64,000 nucleotides of DNA from Prochlorococcus sp. AG-347-K22 (GCA_003281285.1 QCCJ01000003.1:3130-67129), one strand, 5' to 3'. Numbered from the stretch's first letter, positions 1-11,832 are shown. The notes: generated by a model not told the origin, from the sequence alone. Numbers and translations: made by a program.

Positions 1-433
<433 letters not shown>

Positions 434-610
434 TTAAATTTCTTTAATAAAAGATTATCAATTTGTAGTTTAATTTGTAGTGATTTTACAAAAATGGTTA
501 CGTTTTGAGATCGGAATAAATAGATGAAATTATTTTTATTTTTCAGTATTTGTTGTTTTTATCAGTATAGTTACACAGAAATAATTATTTTCTAATTAAA
601 AATTCATTGT

Positions 611-1153
611 ATGAACAATCCTCAAGAATCAATGAATCATTATAAAGACAATGATTTCAGGACAATTGAGCAGACGATGGAAAAGCTTTCTGGCGGAGCA
701 AGACGACTGGCAGCTCAACTTACAACTTCTGCAAGTTTCGATTCTTTGTGGAGTGTTTTAACAGATTATGATCGACTTAATCTTTACATCCCAAATCTTT
801 TATCGAGCAAAAAAATATTTCAAAAGGAAAATAATGTACACCTTAAACAAGTTGGGGCTCAGGATTTCCTAGGCATGAAATTTTCAGCTGAAGTAACTAT
901 AGACTTATTTGAAGATAAGGAGCTTGGCCTCTTAAAATTTAACTTAATAAAAGGTGATTTCAGGAAATTTGAAGGAAGTTGGAAAATACAAAATATTAAA
1001 AATACTTCAAAAAATTCATTAATTTATGATCTTACTGTTCAAGGTTGTCAGTGGATGCCAATAGGGATGATAGAGAAAAGACTTAAAAAGGATCTTTCAG
1101 AAAATTTAATTGCCGTAGATAGGCAAGCAAAATCATCAAAAAGATCATTATAA
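611..1153 (+). CDS. SRPBCC/polyketide cyclase-dehydrase family protein
   Basis: LWSVLTDYDRL...GDFRKFEGSW motifs. Confidence 0.8.
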   Translation: MNNPQESMNHYKDNDFRTIEQTMEKLSGGARRLAAQLTTSASFDSLWSVLTDYDRLNLYIPNLLSSKKIFQKENNVHLKQVGAQDFLGMKFSAEVTIDLFEDKELGLLKFNLIKGDFRKFEGSWKIQNIKNTSKNSLIYDLTVQGCQWMPIGMIEKRLKKDLSENLIAVDRQAKSSKRSL

Positions 1154-1164
1154 ATTTAAATTAA

Positions 1165-1237
1165 TAGCCCCAAGGGGATTCGAACCCCTGTCGCCTCCGT
1201 GAAAGGGAGGTGTCCTAGGCCTCTAGACGATGGGGCC
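1165..1237 (-). tRNA. trnE: tRNA-Glu(UUC)
   Basis: Reverse complement GGCCCCATCGTCTAGAGGCCTAGGACACCTCCCTTTCACGGAGGCGACAGGGGTTCGAATCCCCTTGGGGCTA; cloverleaf, anticodon TTC. Confidence 0.97.
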
Positions 1238-1279
1238 AGGAAATTAGCATAACAGCTTATTTAAAAACTAAGAGTAAGG

Positions 1280-2398
1280 CTAGCCTTTCGTCAAGTATTG
1301 TTGCTCTTTGTTTTGTCCTTGCCACACAGGAACTGTGAAATGAAAACAGGAACCTTCTCCAATTTCAGATACGACCCATATTCTTCCTCCATGGACTTGT
1401 ACTATTCTCCTACATACTGATAACCCTATGCCAAATCCTGAAGTTCCTTCAGAAGTCTGGGGAAGTCTGACCCTATCAAGAAAAATTCTTTTTTGTTCGC
1501 TCAAAGGAATACCTGCACCTTTGTCACAAATTGTTATTTCTACCCATTGATTTGTCTTATGAATCATAGTGATTTTTATAGATCCAGAGTCTTTAGAAAA
1601 TTTAATAGCATTTTCAATTAAATTTAAAAATACTTGTCTCATTCTTCTTTGATCTGCAAATACACTTGGCAGATCAGATGGAATATCAGTATCAATTTCA
1701 ATATTCCTTAATCTCCAGAATTTTTCTAATTCGAGTATTACTTCAGCACTAATATTTCCTAAATCAATTTTCTGAGGATTAAATAACGCTTCCCATTTAG
1801 TTGTTCCAACCTCCAAAAGATCCTGAGATAAGAGTTCAATCTCTTCAAGACGTCTTTTAATTACCTCCTGTAATTTTGAAATATCTATTTGTCCGAGTTT
1901 TTGACTTTGAACGGCCAAAGTAGCAGCAGTTAAGGGTGTTCTTAATTCATGCGCGACCATTCTTAATAATCTTTCCTGAGATTCTATTCTTTTTGTTAAT
2001 GTCTCATTTTCCTGTCTTAAAACAAGAAGTTCGTCTTCCAATAGAAATTCTTTTTGCGTTCTTATTGAATCAATTTTGGATGGCTGCAAATTAATCCCAA
2101 GATTTTTTGTTAAGCCTTCCTGTGACCACCTTGGCAACCATTTTTGCAACTGAGAGAAAATATTACTTCCAGCAAATATTTGCTTTGGAGCTGGGGAAAC
2201 CTTTATAAGAGCAGGAATGGCGACTAATCTATGTAATTCAAGTAATTCTGGCTGCTCTGTTGGTTCAGAGATCTGAAGAGATATCTCAAATTCACAGTCA
2301 TCTGATTCTAAATAAGCTATTAGGGACTTAATGTCATTACTAGAAAGTTGATTTCTAGCTGCCACAAGTATTAATTTTAGCTCTTTTTTATCATTCAA
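1280..2398 (-). CDS. sasA: adaptive-response sensor histidine kinase SasA (KaiB-like N-terminus)
   Basis: KaiB-like [22 protein letters not shown]; H-box VAHELRTPL; N/G boxes [21 protein letters not shown]. Confidence 0.92.
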   Translation of the reverse strand: MNDKKELKLILVAARNQLSSNDIKSLIAYLESDDCEFEISLQISEPTEQPELLELHRLVAIPALIKVSPAPKQIFAGSNIFSQLQKWLPRWSQEGLTKNLGINLQPSKIDSIRTQKEFLLEDELLVLRQENETLTKRIESQERLLRMVAHELRTPLTAATLAVQSQKLGQIDISKLQEVIKRRLEEIELLSQDLLEVGTTKWEALFNPQKIDLGNISAEVILELEKFWRLRNIEIDTDIPSDLPSVFADQRRMRQVFLNLIENAIKFSKDSGSIKITMIHKTNQWVEITICDKGAGIPLSEQKRIFLDRVRLPQTSEGTSGFGIGLSVCRRIVQVHGGRIWVVSEIGEGSCFHFTVPVWQGQNKEQQYLTKG

Positions 2399-2504
2399 AT
2401 GAATTCCTCTGAAGTGTTGAAAAGCTGTTAATCCTTATAAACACCTTAAGATATTTTTTTTTATTTTACAGATAGGCTATTAAATAAATAGGACTTATTT
2501 ATAT

Positions 2505-3044
2505 ATGGTTGCTATTAACCCAAAGAAAAATTTACATTTTGGTGAAAATCCTCCTGAAATCAATTTAAATAGTAATTTAAAAAGATGGTTTTCGAGGAAT
2601 ATTGGATTGTGGAAATCTAATAGAACTTACTTTCTCGATGAAGCACAAAAAACTTATAATCTAATTATGAATATAAATATTCAAGCTCTAGAGAGTAAAT
2701 CAGAATGGGAATCGCATTATAAATTCACTTGGTACCCAGAAAAAAAATATAATTTTTTTGAAGAAAATCCCCAGTATAAAGAACGAGGAGAAATGCATGC
2801 ATTATTAAAAGGCCATCAACTTAAGAGGGAAAAATTTTATTTAAGTAATGATGAAGGCATTTCAAATATAAAGCAAGTAGATGAACACGAAATGATTTTT
2901 GAATCTTCTTACAAAGATTGGTATATAATTGAACATACAAGACTTGTTGATTGTGATAATTATAGATTTAGGGTTATTTATTCATGGAACAAAAATATAC
3001 TTAAAATAGTAGAGAATCATCACGAAATTAAAATTATTAAATAA
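2505..3044 (+). CDS. hypothetical protein, possibly CpcS/CpeS-like (phycobiliprotein lyase/lipocalin fold)
   Basis: 179-aa ORF; WFSRNIGLWKSNRTYF resembles the F..S.G.W.S.RT start of CpcS-type proteins. Confidence 0.5.
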   Translation: MVAINPKKNLHFGENPPEINLNSNLKRWFSRNIGLWKSNRTYFLDEAQKTYNLIMNINIQALESKSEWESHYKFTWYPEKKYNFFEENPQYKERGEMHALLKGHQLKREKFYLSNDEGISNIKQVDEHEMIFESSYKDWYIIEHTRLVDCDNYRFRVIYSWNKNILKIVENHHEIKIIK

Positions 3045-3117
3045 ATTCTTTTGGCAGATTTAGTTTAAAAAATAAAAAATGTTATCTTTAACTATATGAA
3101 TTAAAAATAAATCAAAT

Positions 3118-3552
3118 ATGAGTTTTAAAATATCTAAAATTTTTGCAATCCCTCTAATTTTTTCATCTTTTTTATTTGATACAAATAATGAATTTAGTAA
3201 AGTCAATGCAAATGTTAAAAATATGCCTGCCAATAAAAATGATTTAGATTTATATCATGGGATGGGTGTTTCATTTCTATGTAATGCCACAAGAAAGGGA
3301 TTTGATTTGGATTTCCCAAAAACATTAAACGTTGCATCAGCAACATTCGCATCAGTAGTATCACAAAAACATGGAGGGAAAATAATAGAGAGAAAGAAAG
3401 AACAAACAGTTGATATGAAAAAATTACAATTTATTGCATCTCTACAATTAGTTGAATCAGCTCTTCAAGTGTGTCCAGATAATGTTCCTGAAAAGATCGA
3501 AAAACAATTTAAGATTGAAACTGAGAGAATCAAGAAATTACGAGGTTTGTAA
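3118..3552 (+). CDS. conserved hypothetical exported protein
   Basis: 144-aa ORF with a signal-like N-terminus and two Cys (FLCNA, QVCPDNVP). Confidence 0.7.
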   Translation: MSFKISKIFAIPLIFSSFLFDTNNEFSKVNANVKNMPANKNDLDLYHGMGVSFLCNATRKGFDLDFPKTLNVASATFASVVSQKHGGKIIERKKEQTVDMKKLQFIASLQLVESALQVCPDNVPEKIEKQFKIETERIKKLRGL

Positions 3553-3567
3553 AAAAGATAATTTCTT

Positions 3568-4563
3568 TTATCTAAACATTGAACTAACAGAACTTTCTTC
3601 GTGGATTCTCCAAATAGCTTCCCCAAGCATATTTGCGACTGAAAGAACTTTTAACTGTGGAAAATTATCTTTATGTATAACTGGTATGCTGTTAGTCACA
3701 ATAACTTGTTCGAAAAGATTCTTAGAACTTAATCTTTCATAAGAAGGAGGAGAAAATACAGCATGTGAGGCACATGCAAATATTCTGTTAGCTCCTTCTT
3801 TTTTTAGTAAATCTGCTCCAGAACAAATTGTACCGCCCGTGTCTATCATGTCGTCAATAAGAATAGCCGTTTTACCTTTGACTTCACCTATAACCGTAAG
3901 ACTTTCAGCGATATTATGCGCAGATCTCCTTTTATCAATTATTGCCAACGGCGCATCCTTCATTAATTTTGCGAATGCCCTTGCTCTCGCCACCCCGCCT
4001 ACATCAGGAGAGACTACAACTATTTCTTCTAAATCTAAAGTTTCTAGATAATCAATTAATACAGGTGAACCGTAAATATGATCGCATGGTATATCAAAGT
4101 AACCTTGTATTTGAGCCGAGTGTAAGTCCATCGCTAGAACTCTATCAACTCCTGATTTCTCTAGTAAATTAGCAGTTAATTTTGCAGTTATAGACTCTCT
4201 TCCTGAGGTCTTCCTATCTGCCCTTGCATATCCAAAATAGGGGATTACAGCGGTTATTTGTCTTGCAGACGCTCTCTTGCATGCGTCAACCATTATCATA
4301 AGCTCCATTAAACTATCGTTTACAGGAGCGCATGTAGGTTGTATTAGGAATACATCACAACCTCTAATAGATTGCTGAATCTGAACATAAAGTTCTCCAT
4401 CTGCAAACCTTTTAGATACTAAAGGTACATTTTCAATCCCTAAATATGATGCAATTTCTTCAGCTAATTTAGGATTTGTTGTCCCACTTACTAACCTTAA
4501 TCTACTATTAGTTAGATTAAAGTTCGATTCTTTACTCTGCATTGCCGTGATAAAACTTGTCAC
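3568..4563 (-). CDS. prs: ribose-phosphate pyrophosphokinase
   Basis: FADGE, PYFGYARADRK, DLHSAQIQGYFD, VSPDVGG, DDMIDTGGT. Confidence 0.97.
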   Translation of the reverse strand: MTSFITAMQSKESNFNLTNSRLRLVSGTTNPKLAEEIASYLGIENVPLVSKRFADGELYVQIQQSIRGCDVFLIQPTCAPVNDSLMELMIMVDACKRASARQITAVIPYFGYARADRKTSGRESITAKLTANLLEKSGVDRVLAMDLHSAQIQGYFDIPCDHIYGSPVLIDYLETLDLEEIVVVSPDVGGVARARAFAKLMKDAPLAIIDKRRSAHNIAESLTVIGEVKGKTAILIDDMIDTGGTICSGADLLKKEGANRIFACASHAVFSPPSYERLSSKNLFEQVIVTNSIPVIHKDNFPQLKVLSVANMLGEAIWRIHEESSVSSMFR

Positions 4564-4808
4564 GAAATTTGCACCATAAAACTATATTCTTATCGTAGTC
4601 GTTTATGTGAATTTCGCAAAAGATAATGACTAGATGTTTTTAAAATTTAAATTAATTAAGCAAAAAATTGTTGATTAAAAATTAGAATTTATATATATTC
4701 AGACTTAAAAACCAGGCATGATATTTGTCAATTAAATAAAATTTGTTTATTGTTGAATTTAGAGAATTAAAAACACGTCTAGTGTAAAGGACCAAAATAT
4801 ATTTAAAC

Positions 4809-6329
4809 ATGCCTATAGAGTCAATTATTGCGAAAAAATCATTAGGCCTACTTATGCATCCAACATGTATTCCAGGAGGAAGAGTATGTGGAACTTTTGG
4901 TAAAGGAGCTAAAGAGTGGATAAAAAAATTACATAAACATGGAATTGAATACTGGCAATTTTTACCTCTTACACCTACTGACTCTACAGGTTCTCCATAT
5001 AGCTCCCCATCTAGTTTTGCACTAAACCCATGGTTTTTGGATATAGATGATTTAATCGAAAAAGGTTTTATCTTCATTTCAAATAAAGAAAATCTAGGAC
5101 CCACAAATCAGAATAAAGATGATTTTGAATTTGATATTGCTGATGACTTAACAAAGAAATTAGGTCCCCTCCTTTTGGATGGTTGGACTTCACAATCTGA
5201 AGAAAGAAAAATTAATTTTAACAAATGGATCAGTAAGAATTCCTGGGTAGAAGATTATGCAACATTTGTTGTTATCAGAGAGGAATTTAATATGTTGCCT
5301 TGGTGGGAATGGCCTCAAGAATTTAAAATCAAAAATAATGGATTCTTAAAATCGTGGATTAAGAAAAAAAGTGAAGAGATACTTATTAAAAAATTAATAC
5401 AGTGGCATCTTGATGAGCAATGGAAAGTTATTAAAAACTTTGCAAAATCAAGAAATATTAAGCTGATAGGAGATTTGCCTTTTTATGTCTCCAGAGACAG
5501 TGCAGATGTATGGAGCAATAAATCATTATTTTCAATTTTTAAAAATGGAGATTTAATCTTTCAAAGTGGCGTTCCACCTGATTATTTTTCATCAACAGGA
5601 CAATTATGGGGAACCCCAACTTACTTTTGGTCAAAACATAAGAAGACTAATTTCGATTGGTGGAGAAAAAGATTTCAAAGGCAATTTGAACTTGTGGATA
5701 TATTGAGATTTGATCATTTCAGGGGTTTAGCGGGTTACTGGAGAGTTAATGGTAATTCTAAAACGGCAATTATTGGCAAATGGATAAATTCTCCAGGTAG
5801 AACACTATTAAAAAAAGTAAAAAAGGATCTAGGGAGTAACTATCTACCAATTATTGCGGAGGATCTAGGAGTTATAACTACAGATGTAGAGAAATTAAGA
5901 GAAAATTTTGAACTCCCTGGCATGAAAATATTACAATTTGCTTTTGATGGCAATGAAAATAACCCTTATTTACCTAAGAATATTGAAGGAGAAAATTGGG
6001 TTGTTTATACAGGTACTCACGACAACTCTACTTCTTTTTCATGGTGGGAAAATTTAGATTATGAATCCAAAAAAAGGATAAAAGATGAGTATAAATTTTC
6101 AGAAAATCCTTCTTGGGATTTAATAGAAATTGGCATGGAGACAACTGCTAATCTTTTTATCGCTCCATTACAAGATCTATTATCTCTAGACGATTCAAGT
6201 AGATTAAACAAACCTGGAACCACAAAAAATAACTGGAAATGGAAGTTAAATCGTCCTCTAGAAGAAATAGAAGATAACCTAAAAATGTATAGTGATCTAG
6301 GAAAAAATTTTGGGAGAACTTTAAAGTAG
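4809..6329 (+). CDS. malQ: 4-alpha-glucanotransferase (amylomaltase, GH77)
   Basis: GVPPDYFSSTGQLWGTP, RFDHFRG, IIAEDLG, YTGTHDN. Confidence 0.96.
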   Translation: MPIESIIAKKSLGLLMHPTCIPGGRVCGTFGKGAKEWIKKLHKHGIEYWQFLPLTPTDSTGSPYSSPSSFALNPWFLDIDDLIEKGFIFISNKENLGPTNQNKDDFEFDIADDLTKKLGPLLLDGWTSQSEERKINFNKWISKNSWVEDYATFVVIREEFNMLPWWEWPQEFKIKNNGFLKSWIKKKSEEILIKKLIQWHLDEQWKVIKNFAKSRNIKLIGDLPFYVSRDSADVWSNKSLFSIFKNGDLIFQSGVPPDYFSSTGQLWGTPTYFWSKHKKTNFDWWRKRFQRQFELVDILRFDHFRGLAGYWRVNGNSKTAIIGKWINSPGRTLLKKVKKDLGSNYLPIIAEDLGVITTDVEKLRENFELPGMKILQFAFDGNENNPYLPKNIEGENWVVYTGTHDNSTSFSWWENLDYESKKRIKDEYKFSENPSWDLIEIGMETTANLFIAPLQDLLSLDDSSRLNKPGTTKNNWKWKLNRPLEEIEDNLKMYSDLGKNFGRTLK

Positions 6330-6342
6330 ATCTTGTTAAAAA

Positions 6343-6837
6343 TTATTTATCAATGATTTGATTTTCAATATTTTGAATCTCAATAACATTTACATTTAAA
6401 ATAAAGTATCTCTTTAATATAAATATAGTTAGAACTAATATAAAAAAATACAAAAGACTTCCTTGCCATGTATTGATAAGATCGAATTTCCTGAACATAA
6501 AATCCTTTACCTCTTTCCTTAAAATTTTTCTTTCCTTGACTGCTAAATTTAATAATGTATTTTTTTTTAACACTAAGCATTCCTCTAATTTAATTAATAT
6601 AGATCTTATAAAAGGATATTCTGGCCTAATATTTTCATTATTATTTTCAATGGAGTTTATTATTCGTTCAGGAATTTTTGAAATGTATGATAATTCTTTA
6701 ATTGTAAGATTTTGTTGAATTCTTGCTTCTCTTACTAACTTTGCAATTTCTATATATTGGTCAACCAATCCAGTACTAAATTCTTTATTTTTTTCAGATT
6801 TTTTATTAAATAAAAATAGATTTTTCAAAATATTCAT
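6343..6837 (-). CDS. helix-turn-helix membrane protein (RodZ-like N-terminus)
   Basis: LVREARIQQNLTIKELSYISKIPERIINSIE HTH plus a C-terminal TM segment. Confidence 0.7.
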   Translation of the reverse strand: MNILKNLFLFNKKSEKNKEFSTGLVDQYIEIAKLVREARIQQNLTIKELSYISKIPERIINSIENNNENIRPEYPFIRSILIKLEECLVLKKNTLLNLAVKERKILRKEVKDFMFRKFDLINTWQGSLLYFFILVLTIFILKRYFILNVNVIEIQNIENQIIDK

Positions 6838-6936
6838 TTAATCTTCCAAAGCTTGATAATCCTTTTACTTCTCATTTTTAAACAATACTAATAGAAATGA
6901 AATAATAAGTAAGTTTATTAGATATAAATATAAAAA

Positions 6937-8592
6937 TTAAACTGTAGAAATAATATTTTGCATCGCACTTTTTGCAATGTTCAGAGGACTAAAAGTATCT
7001 CTAATTAAAGCTAAGAGTTTTTTCGCATCAGTAAATTCTAATTTTTCATCTTTTATGAGACTTAAAAGAAGATTCTTCCTAACTTCGGATCCTTTCTTAC
7101 TGACAAATAATTTCAATCCCGCATTAGCAACTGGTATGAGGTCTGAATTAATATTCTCTGAATCTTTAAATAAAATATTTAACAAACTTTCAACTTTTTC
7201 TATTTGAATGTGACCTTTTTTATCAAAAACAACTTCTAAAAGGATTTCTAAAATCTCTTCAGAATTATCAGTAAGCAGTTTTTTAGCAATATAGGGATAA
7301 GCAATTTTTAAAATTTTAAATTCAGGGTCTAGTCTTAATGCTAAACCTTCTTGACTAACTACGGCTCTTATTATTAAGGCAAACCTACTGGGAACTCTGA
7401 AAGGGTAGGAATACATTAGTTTTGAGAATTTATCAGTTACATTTTTAAGATTAAAATTACCAACCTCAGCGCCTAGAGACCCTCCAAGAACTTCTTTTAA
7501 TGGTTCAACAAGTTTTTGAAGATCTTGTTCTTTGGTTAAAAAACCTAATTTTTGGAAATCTTCTGCCAAAAGATAATATTCTTCGTTTATTAAGTGAACA
7601 ATTGCCTTAATAAGAGTAAGTCTATCTGAATTTGTAATAGTATCCATCATTCCGAAATCAACATAAGCTAAATTCCCACAATCTGAATTTCCTCCTTTAA
7701 GAGCAAACATATTTCCTGGATGTGGATCTGCATGAAAATATCCAAATTCAAATAATTGCTGTAGCCCACTGATGACGCAAGTTTTTATAAAAGAAGCAGG
7801 TATTAAGTTATTTTCCTCTAGTAAAGCTCGATCTCTTAACTTAACTCCCTCAATCCAAGAGGTTGTGATAATCCTTTTGGATGAAAACTGTTTTTCTAAT
7901 TTAGGAATAAAAATATTTGGATTTTCTTTGAATAAATTTGCAAACCTCAAAGCATTTTCTGCCTCTTTTTGATAGTCAATTTCATCAAAAAGTGCCTTGC
8001 CGAATTCATCTATAATTTCTCCAATTCCTACACCTATATTTAATGGTAAGAATGGGGATAAAAAAGTTCCTAAAAACCTTAAAATTACGACATCCCTTCT
8101 TATGAGAAAGTACAAATTTGGCCGCTGTACTTTCACAGCTAGATAAGAATTATTTATTTTCGCTTTATAAACTTGACCTAAACTCGCAGAAGCAATAGGA
8201 CTATCTGGAAACTCTTCAAATAAATCATTAACAGGAGATCCCAGTTCCTCTTCTATCATTTTTAAAGCAATTTTGTGATCAAATGCTGGGAGATTATCCT
8301 GTAAGTTTGTAAGTTCTGTAAGCCAATCTTGTCTAACAAGATCGGGCCTAGTTGAGAGTGCCTGGCCTAATTTGATAAAACAAGGTCCTAAATCTGTTAT
8401 TACATCAAAAAGATATTTTGAGAGATTTTTTTGTACATTTTTATTTTTACTGTTACCTTGAAAAAGTATTCTTAAAAAAAGAAAAATAAAAGTTAAAAGG
8501 ATATATAAAACTCTTGGGATAAAAATCCATGGTCTCAAAATCAACCAAAGAAAGTCATCTTTTGCTGAATATTTTGAATAAGATCTTTTCAT
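6937..8592 (-). CDS. ABC1/UbiB/AarF family atypical kinase
   Basis: LGPCFIKLGQALSTRPD, ASASLGQVY, AVKVQRP, FHADPHPGN, DFGMM. Confidence 0.93.
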   Translation of the reverse strand: MKRSYSKYSAKDDFLWLILRPWIFIPRVLYILLTFIFLFLRILFQGNSKNKNVQKNLSKYLFDVITDLGPCFIKLGQALSTRPDLVRQDWLTELTNLQDNLPAFDHKIALKMIEEELGSPVNDLFEEFPDSPIASASLGQVYKAKINNSYLAVKVQRPNLYFLIRRDVVILRFLGTFLSPFLPLNIGVGIGEIIDEFGKALFDEIDYQKEAENALRFANLFKENPNIFIPKLEKQFSSKRIITTSWIEGVKLRDRALLEENNLIPASFIKTCVISGLQQLFEFGYFHADPHPGNMFALKGGNSDCGNLAYVDFGMMDTITNSDRLTLIKAIVHLINEEYYLLAEDFQKLGFLTKEQDLQKLVEPLKEVLGGSLGAEVGNFNLKNVTDKFSKLMYSYPFRVPSRFALIIRAVVSQEGLALRLDPEFKILKIAYPYIAKKLLTDNSEEILEILLEVVFDKKGHIQIEKVESLLNILFKDSENINSDLIPVANAGLKLFVSKKGSEVRKNLLLSLIKDEKLEFTDAKKLLALIRDTFSPLNIAKSAMQNIISTV

Positions 8593-8656
8593 TAAAGTTT
8601 AAAAATATCAAAAAAGAATACCATGTATACCATTCTATATATGTCAATAATACTTT

Positions 8657-10048
8657 ATGAGCATTTCATCTTTTCTAACTAAAAAGTTTTTAAAGTCTTT
8701 ATTCTTTCCCGCTCATAACAGAGGGGCAGCGTTACCAAAGAAATTAGTGAAGCTATTAAAAAATCCCCCTGGATACTGGGACTTGCCCGAACTACCCGAA
8801 ATAGGTTCACCACTATCCCAAAGCGGATTAATTGCTAAATCTCAAAGAGAATTCTCTGACAAATTTGGGGCTAAAAGATGTTTTTTTGGAGTTAATGGAG
8901 CTTCTGGATTAATACAATCAGCAGTAATTGCAATGGCAAATCCGGGCGAAAATATACTGATGCCTAGAAATGTACACATAAGTGTTATAAAAATCTGTGC
9001 GATGCAGAATATAAATCCAATATTTTTTGACCTAGAATTTTCAACCGGAACGGGGCATTACAAACCAATTACTAAAATTTGGTTAGAAAATGTATTTAAA
9101 AATTTAAATTTTGATGAGAATAAAATTGCAGGGGTGATTCTTGTAAATCCCTCTTATCATGGCTATGCAGGAGATTTAGAGCCTTTAATAGATTGTTGTC
9201 ATCAAAAAAATTTACCTGTTTTAGTTGATGAAGCCCATGGTTCATATTTCCTTTTTTGTGAAAACCTTAATTTGCCAAAGCCGGCCTTATCATCAAAAGC
9301 TGATTTAGTCGTTAATTCATTGCATAAGTCACTCAATGGATTAACTCAAACGGCGGTACTTTGGTACAAAGGGAATCTAATAAATGAAGGTAATTTAATC
9401 AAAAGTATTAATTTATTGCAAACTACTAGTCCAAGTTCCTTATTACTTTCTTCTTGTGAAGAGTCTATTAGAGACTGGCTTAATAAAAAAAGTTTATCAA
9501 AATATCAAAAAAGAATTTTAGAGGCAAAAAATATTTACAAAAAATTAATTAAAAAAAATATTCCTCTTATAGAAACTCAAGATCCCTTAAAAATTGTAGT
9601 AAATACCTCTATGGCTGGAATTGATGGTTTTACTGCTGATAATTTTTTTTATAGAAACGGCCTTATTGCTGAATTGCCAGAAATGATGACTCTTACTTTT
9701 TGCTTAGGATTTGGAAATCAAAAAGATTTTCTTAATATATTTGAAAAGTTATGGAATAAATTACTATTTAATTCCAAAAAATCAAAAAGTTTAGAAGTAC
9801 TCAATTCGCCTTTTAAATTAGTTCAATCTCCCGAAATAGAAATTGGAATTGCTTGGAGAAGTGAGACTAGGAGTATTTCTTTCTCACAATCATTAAATAA
9901 AATATCTGGAGATATTATTTGCCCTTATCCTCCAGGGATACCTCTACTTGTTCCTGGAGAAAAAATTGATTTGGAAAGGTTTAATTGGATAAATAATCAA
10001 AGTCTATGTAACAAAGATCTGGTAAATTTTAATATAAGGGTTCTATAA
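8657..10048 (+). CDS. Orn/Lys/Arg decarboxylase (PLP-dependent)
   Basis: VDEAHG, SLHKSL, QTTSPS, PYPPGIP. Confidence 0.9.
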   Translation: MSISSFLTKKFLKSLFFPAHNRGAALPKKLVKLLKNPPGYWDLPELPEIGSPLSQSGLIAKSQREFSDKFGAKRCFFGVNGASGLIQSAVIAMANPGENILMPRNVHISVIKICAMQNINPIFFDLEFSTGTGHYKPITKIWLENVFKNLNFDENKIAGVILVNPSYHGYAGDLEPLIDCCHQKNLPVLVDEAHGSYFLFCENLNLPKPALSSKADLVVNSLHKSLNGLTQTAVLWYKGNLINEGNLIKSINLLQTTSPSSLLLSSCEESIRDWLNKKSLSKYQKRILEAKNIYKKLIKKNIPLIETQDPLKIVVNTSMAGIDGFTADNFFYRNGLIAELPEMMTLTFCLGFGNQKDFLNIFEKLWNKLLFNSKKSKSLEVLNSPFKLVQSPEIEIGIAWRSETRSISFSQSLNKISGDIICPYPPGIPLLVPGEKIDLERFNWINNQSLCNKDLVNFNIRVL

Positions 10049-10063
10049 GCATAGAAATTTCAC

Positions 10064-10921
10064 ATGAGATTAAAAAGTGGATTACTTATAGGAATTTTTG
10101 GTTTAATTGTTGTTTTGTTGGGCGGATGGGTTTTTACATTGGCAACAGCGTTGCTTACATATTTAGCATTATTGGAATTTTTTAGGATGGCAGAATTTAA
10201 AGGAATAAAACCAGCTACAAAAACAACATTATTTTCATCTTTCATTATTATAATTTCTACTTATCTTGAGTCCATTGGTTTGCTTGAAGGAGAAATATCA
10301 AATTCAATTTTGCCAATCTGTTCAGTTGGAATATGCACTTGGTTACTTTTGCAACCAAAACCTGGGACAATTTCAGATATTGCAGCCTCTATTTTTGGAT
10401 TATTCTATTTAGGGTTTTTACCTAGTTACTGGATTAAGTTAAGGGGATTAGATTCAGTAATTATGAGTTCAAATCAGGGTTTTATTTCGTTTGAGAACTT
10501 ATCAAATACTACAGGTCTTCATTTAACTTTAACTTCTTGTTTTTTAATTGTAGCTAGTGATATTGGTTCTTATTTTATTGGGAAGTCATTTGGTAAAACA
10601 TCTCTTTCTCCAATATCTCCGAGCAAAACTATGGAAGGTTTAATTGGAGGAATATCTTGTTCAATTTTACTAGCAATATTTTTCGCATTTTTAATGAATT
10701 GGGAAAATCCATTATTTGTTGGAATCTTATATGGAATTTCAATTTCTCTCATGGCATTAGTTGGAGATTTAATTGAATCTATGATGAAAAGGGATGCGAA
10801 AATAAAAGATTCCGGAACTTTTTTACCTGGACATGGAGGAATTCTTGACAGAATTGATAGTTACATCTTTACTCCATCTGTTGTGTATTATATTTTTATA
10901 CTTCTCAAGTATCTAAATTAA
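10064..10921 (+). CDS. cdsA: phosphatidate cytidylyltransferase
   Basis: SPSKTMEG, GDLIESMMKRDAKIKDSG, PGHGGILDRIDS. Confidence 0.95.
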   Translation: MRLKSGLLIGIFGLIVVLLGGWVFTLATALLTYLALLEFFRMAEFKGIKPATKTTLFSSFIIIISTYLESIGLLEGEISNSILPICSVGICTWLLLQPKPGTISDIAASIFGLFYLGFLPSYWIKLRGLDSVIMSSNQGFISFENLSNTTGLHLTLTSCFLIVASDIGSYFIGKSFGKTSLSPISPSKTMEGLIGGISCSILLAIFFAFLMNWENPLFVGILYGISISLMALVGDLIESMMKRDAKIKDSGTFLPGHGGILDRIDSYIFTPSVVYYIFILLKYLN

Positions 10922-10932
10922 TTAAAAATCTT

Positions 10933-11832
10933 TTATACCAAAAAATAATCCTGGATAACTTTACTAGATAATGATGGTAGATCTAAATGTGGAAGATGAC
11001 CACAATTTTGCAACCCTACAAAATTTAATTTTTCAATATTTCTTATATTTTTAATCTCTTTTTTCCCAAGAATTCGATCATTTTCTCCACATAATGTTTT
11101 AATTGGGATGTTTTGGATATATTTATGAGTTCCAGCAAATCCTCCACTTTTTGCAAATGATGCAAGTGAATTTCGCCATCCTTTGCAACCTAGATGAATT
11201 GAAGCAATTTGTTCTTCCATCTCACCAACACATTTATCTGGGAAAGCAAATGCTTGCCTGCAAAGACTTTTTCTGACCTGAGGCAATCCAAGAAATGAGG
11301 TGCCAATTTGGTTTAGAGGAAAAGGGATACTCTTTGGTTCTCCAAACAATCCGGCAGGAGACAAAAGTATAATTTTATCAATAGAATCAGGAATCCCAAA
11401 AGCAAGTTTTAAAGCTACTGAGCCTCCCATAGAGGCACCAATAATTTTTAGATTCTTTGTTATGTCTAAGGTCTTAAGGAGATCAATTAAATAAGAAATT
11501 ATTTTCGAGGAATTGTATGCCTTTGTTGCGCACCTAGGACTAAAACCAAAACCTAATAGATCAGGGATAATAACTTGGAAATTTCTTTTTAGTGATTTAT
11601 ATATTCTCCTGAACTCTAAAAAACTACTATCAAAGCCATGTAGGAGCAGTATGGGTTGACCTTTTCCTCCAATAACCACGGGAAATTTTAAAGAGTTCCA
11701 GTTTTGGTTGAGTTTTATCCACCTAACATCATTTGCTAAATAAATACCTAAAGGGTCTAATAGTGACAATTTGGCACTTTTAAAAAATTCCACATTTAAA
11801 TCATTTAATTGTTCAAAATTGTTTTTAGTCAA
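10933..11832 (-). CDS. alpha/beta hydrolase
   Basis: LLHGFDSS, DLLGFGFS, GASMGG nucleophile elbow, CGHLPH. Confidence 0.88.
   Translation of the reverse strand: MTKNNFEQLNDLNVEFFKSAKLSLLDPLGIYLANDVRWIKLNQNWNSLKFPVVIGGKGQPILLLHGFDSSFLEFRRIYKSLKRNFQVIIPDLLGFGFSPRCATKAYNSSKIISYLIDLLKTLDITKNLKIIGASMGGSVALKLAFGIPDSIDKIILLSPAGLFGEPKSIPFPLNQIGTSFLGLPQVRKSLCRQAFAFPDKCVGEMEEQIASIHLGCKGWRNSLASFAKSGGFAGTHKYIQNIPIKTLCGENDRILGKKEIKNIRNIEKLNFVGLQNCGHLPHLDLPSLSSKVIQDYFLV

Noticed and set aside
477-489. NtcA-like box upstream of petH
   Set aside because: Spacing is GTA-N7-TAC, not N8
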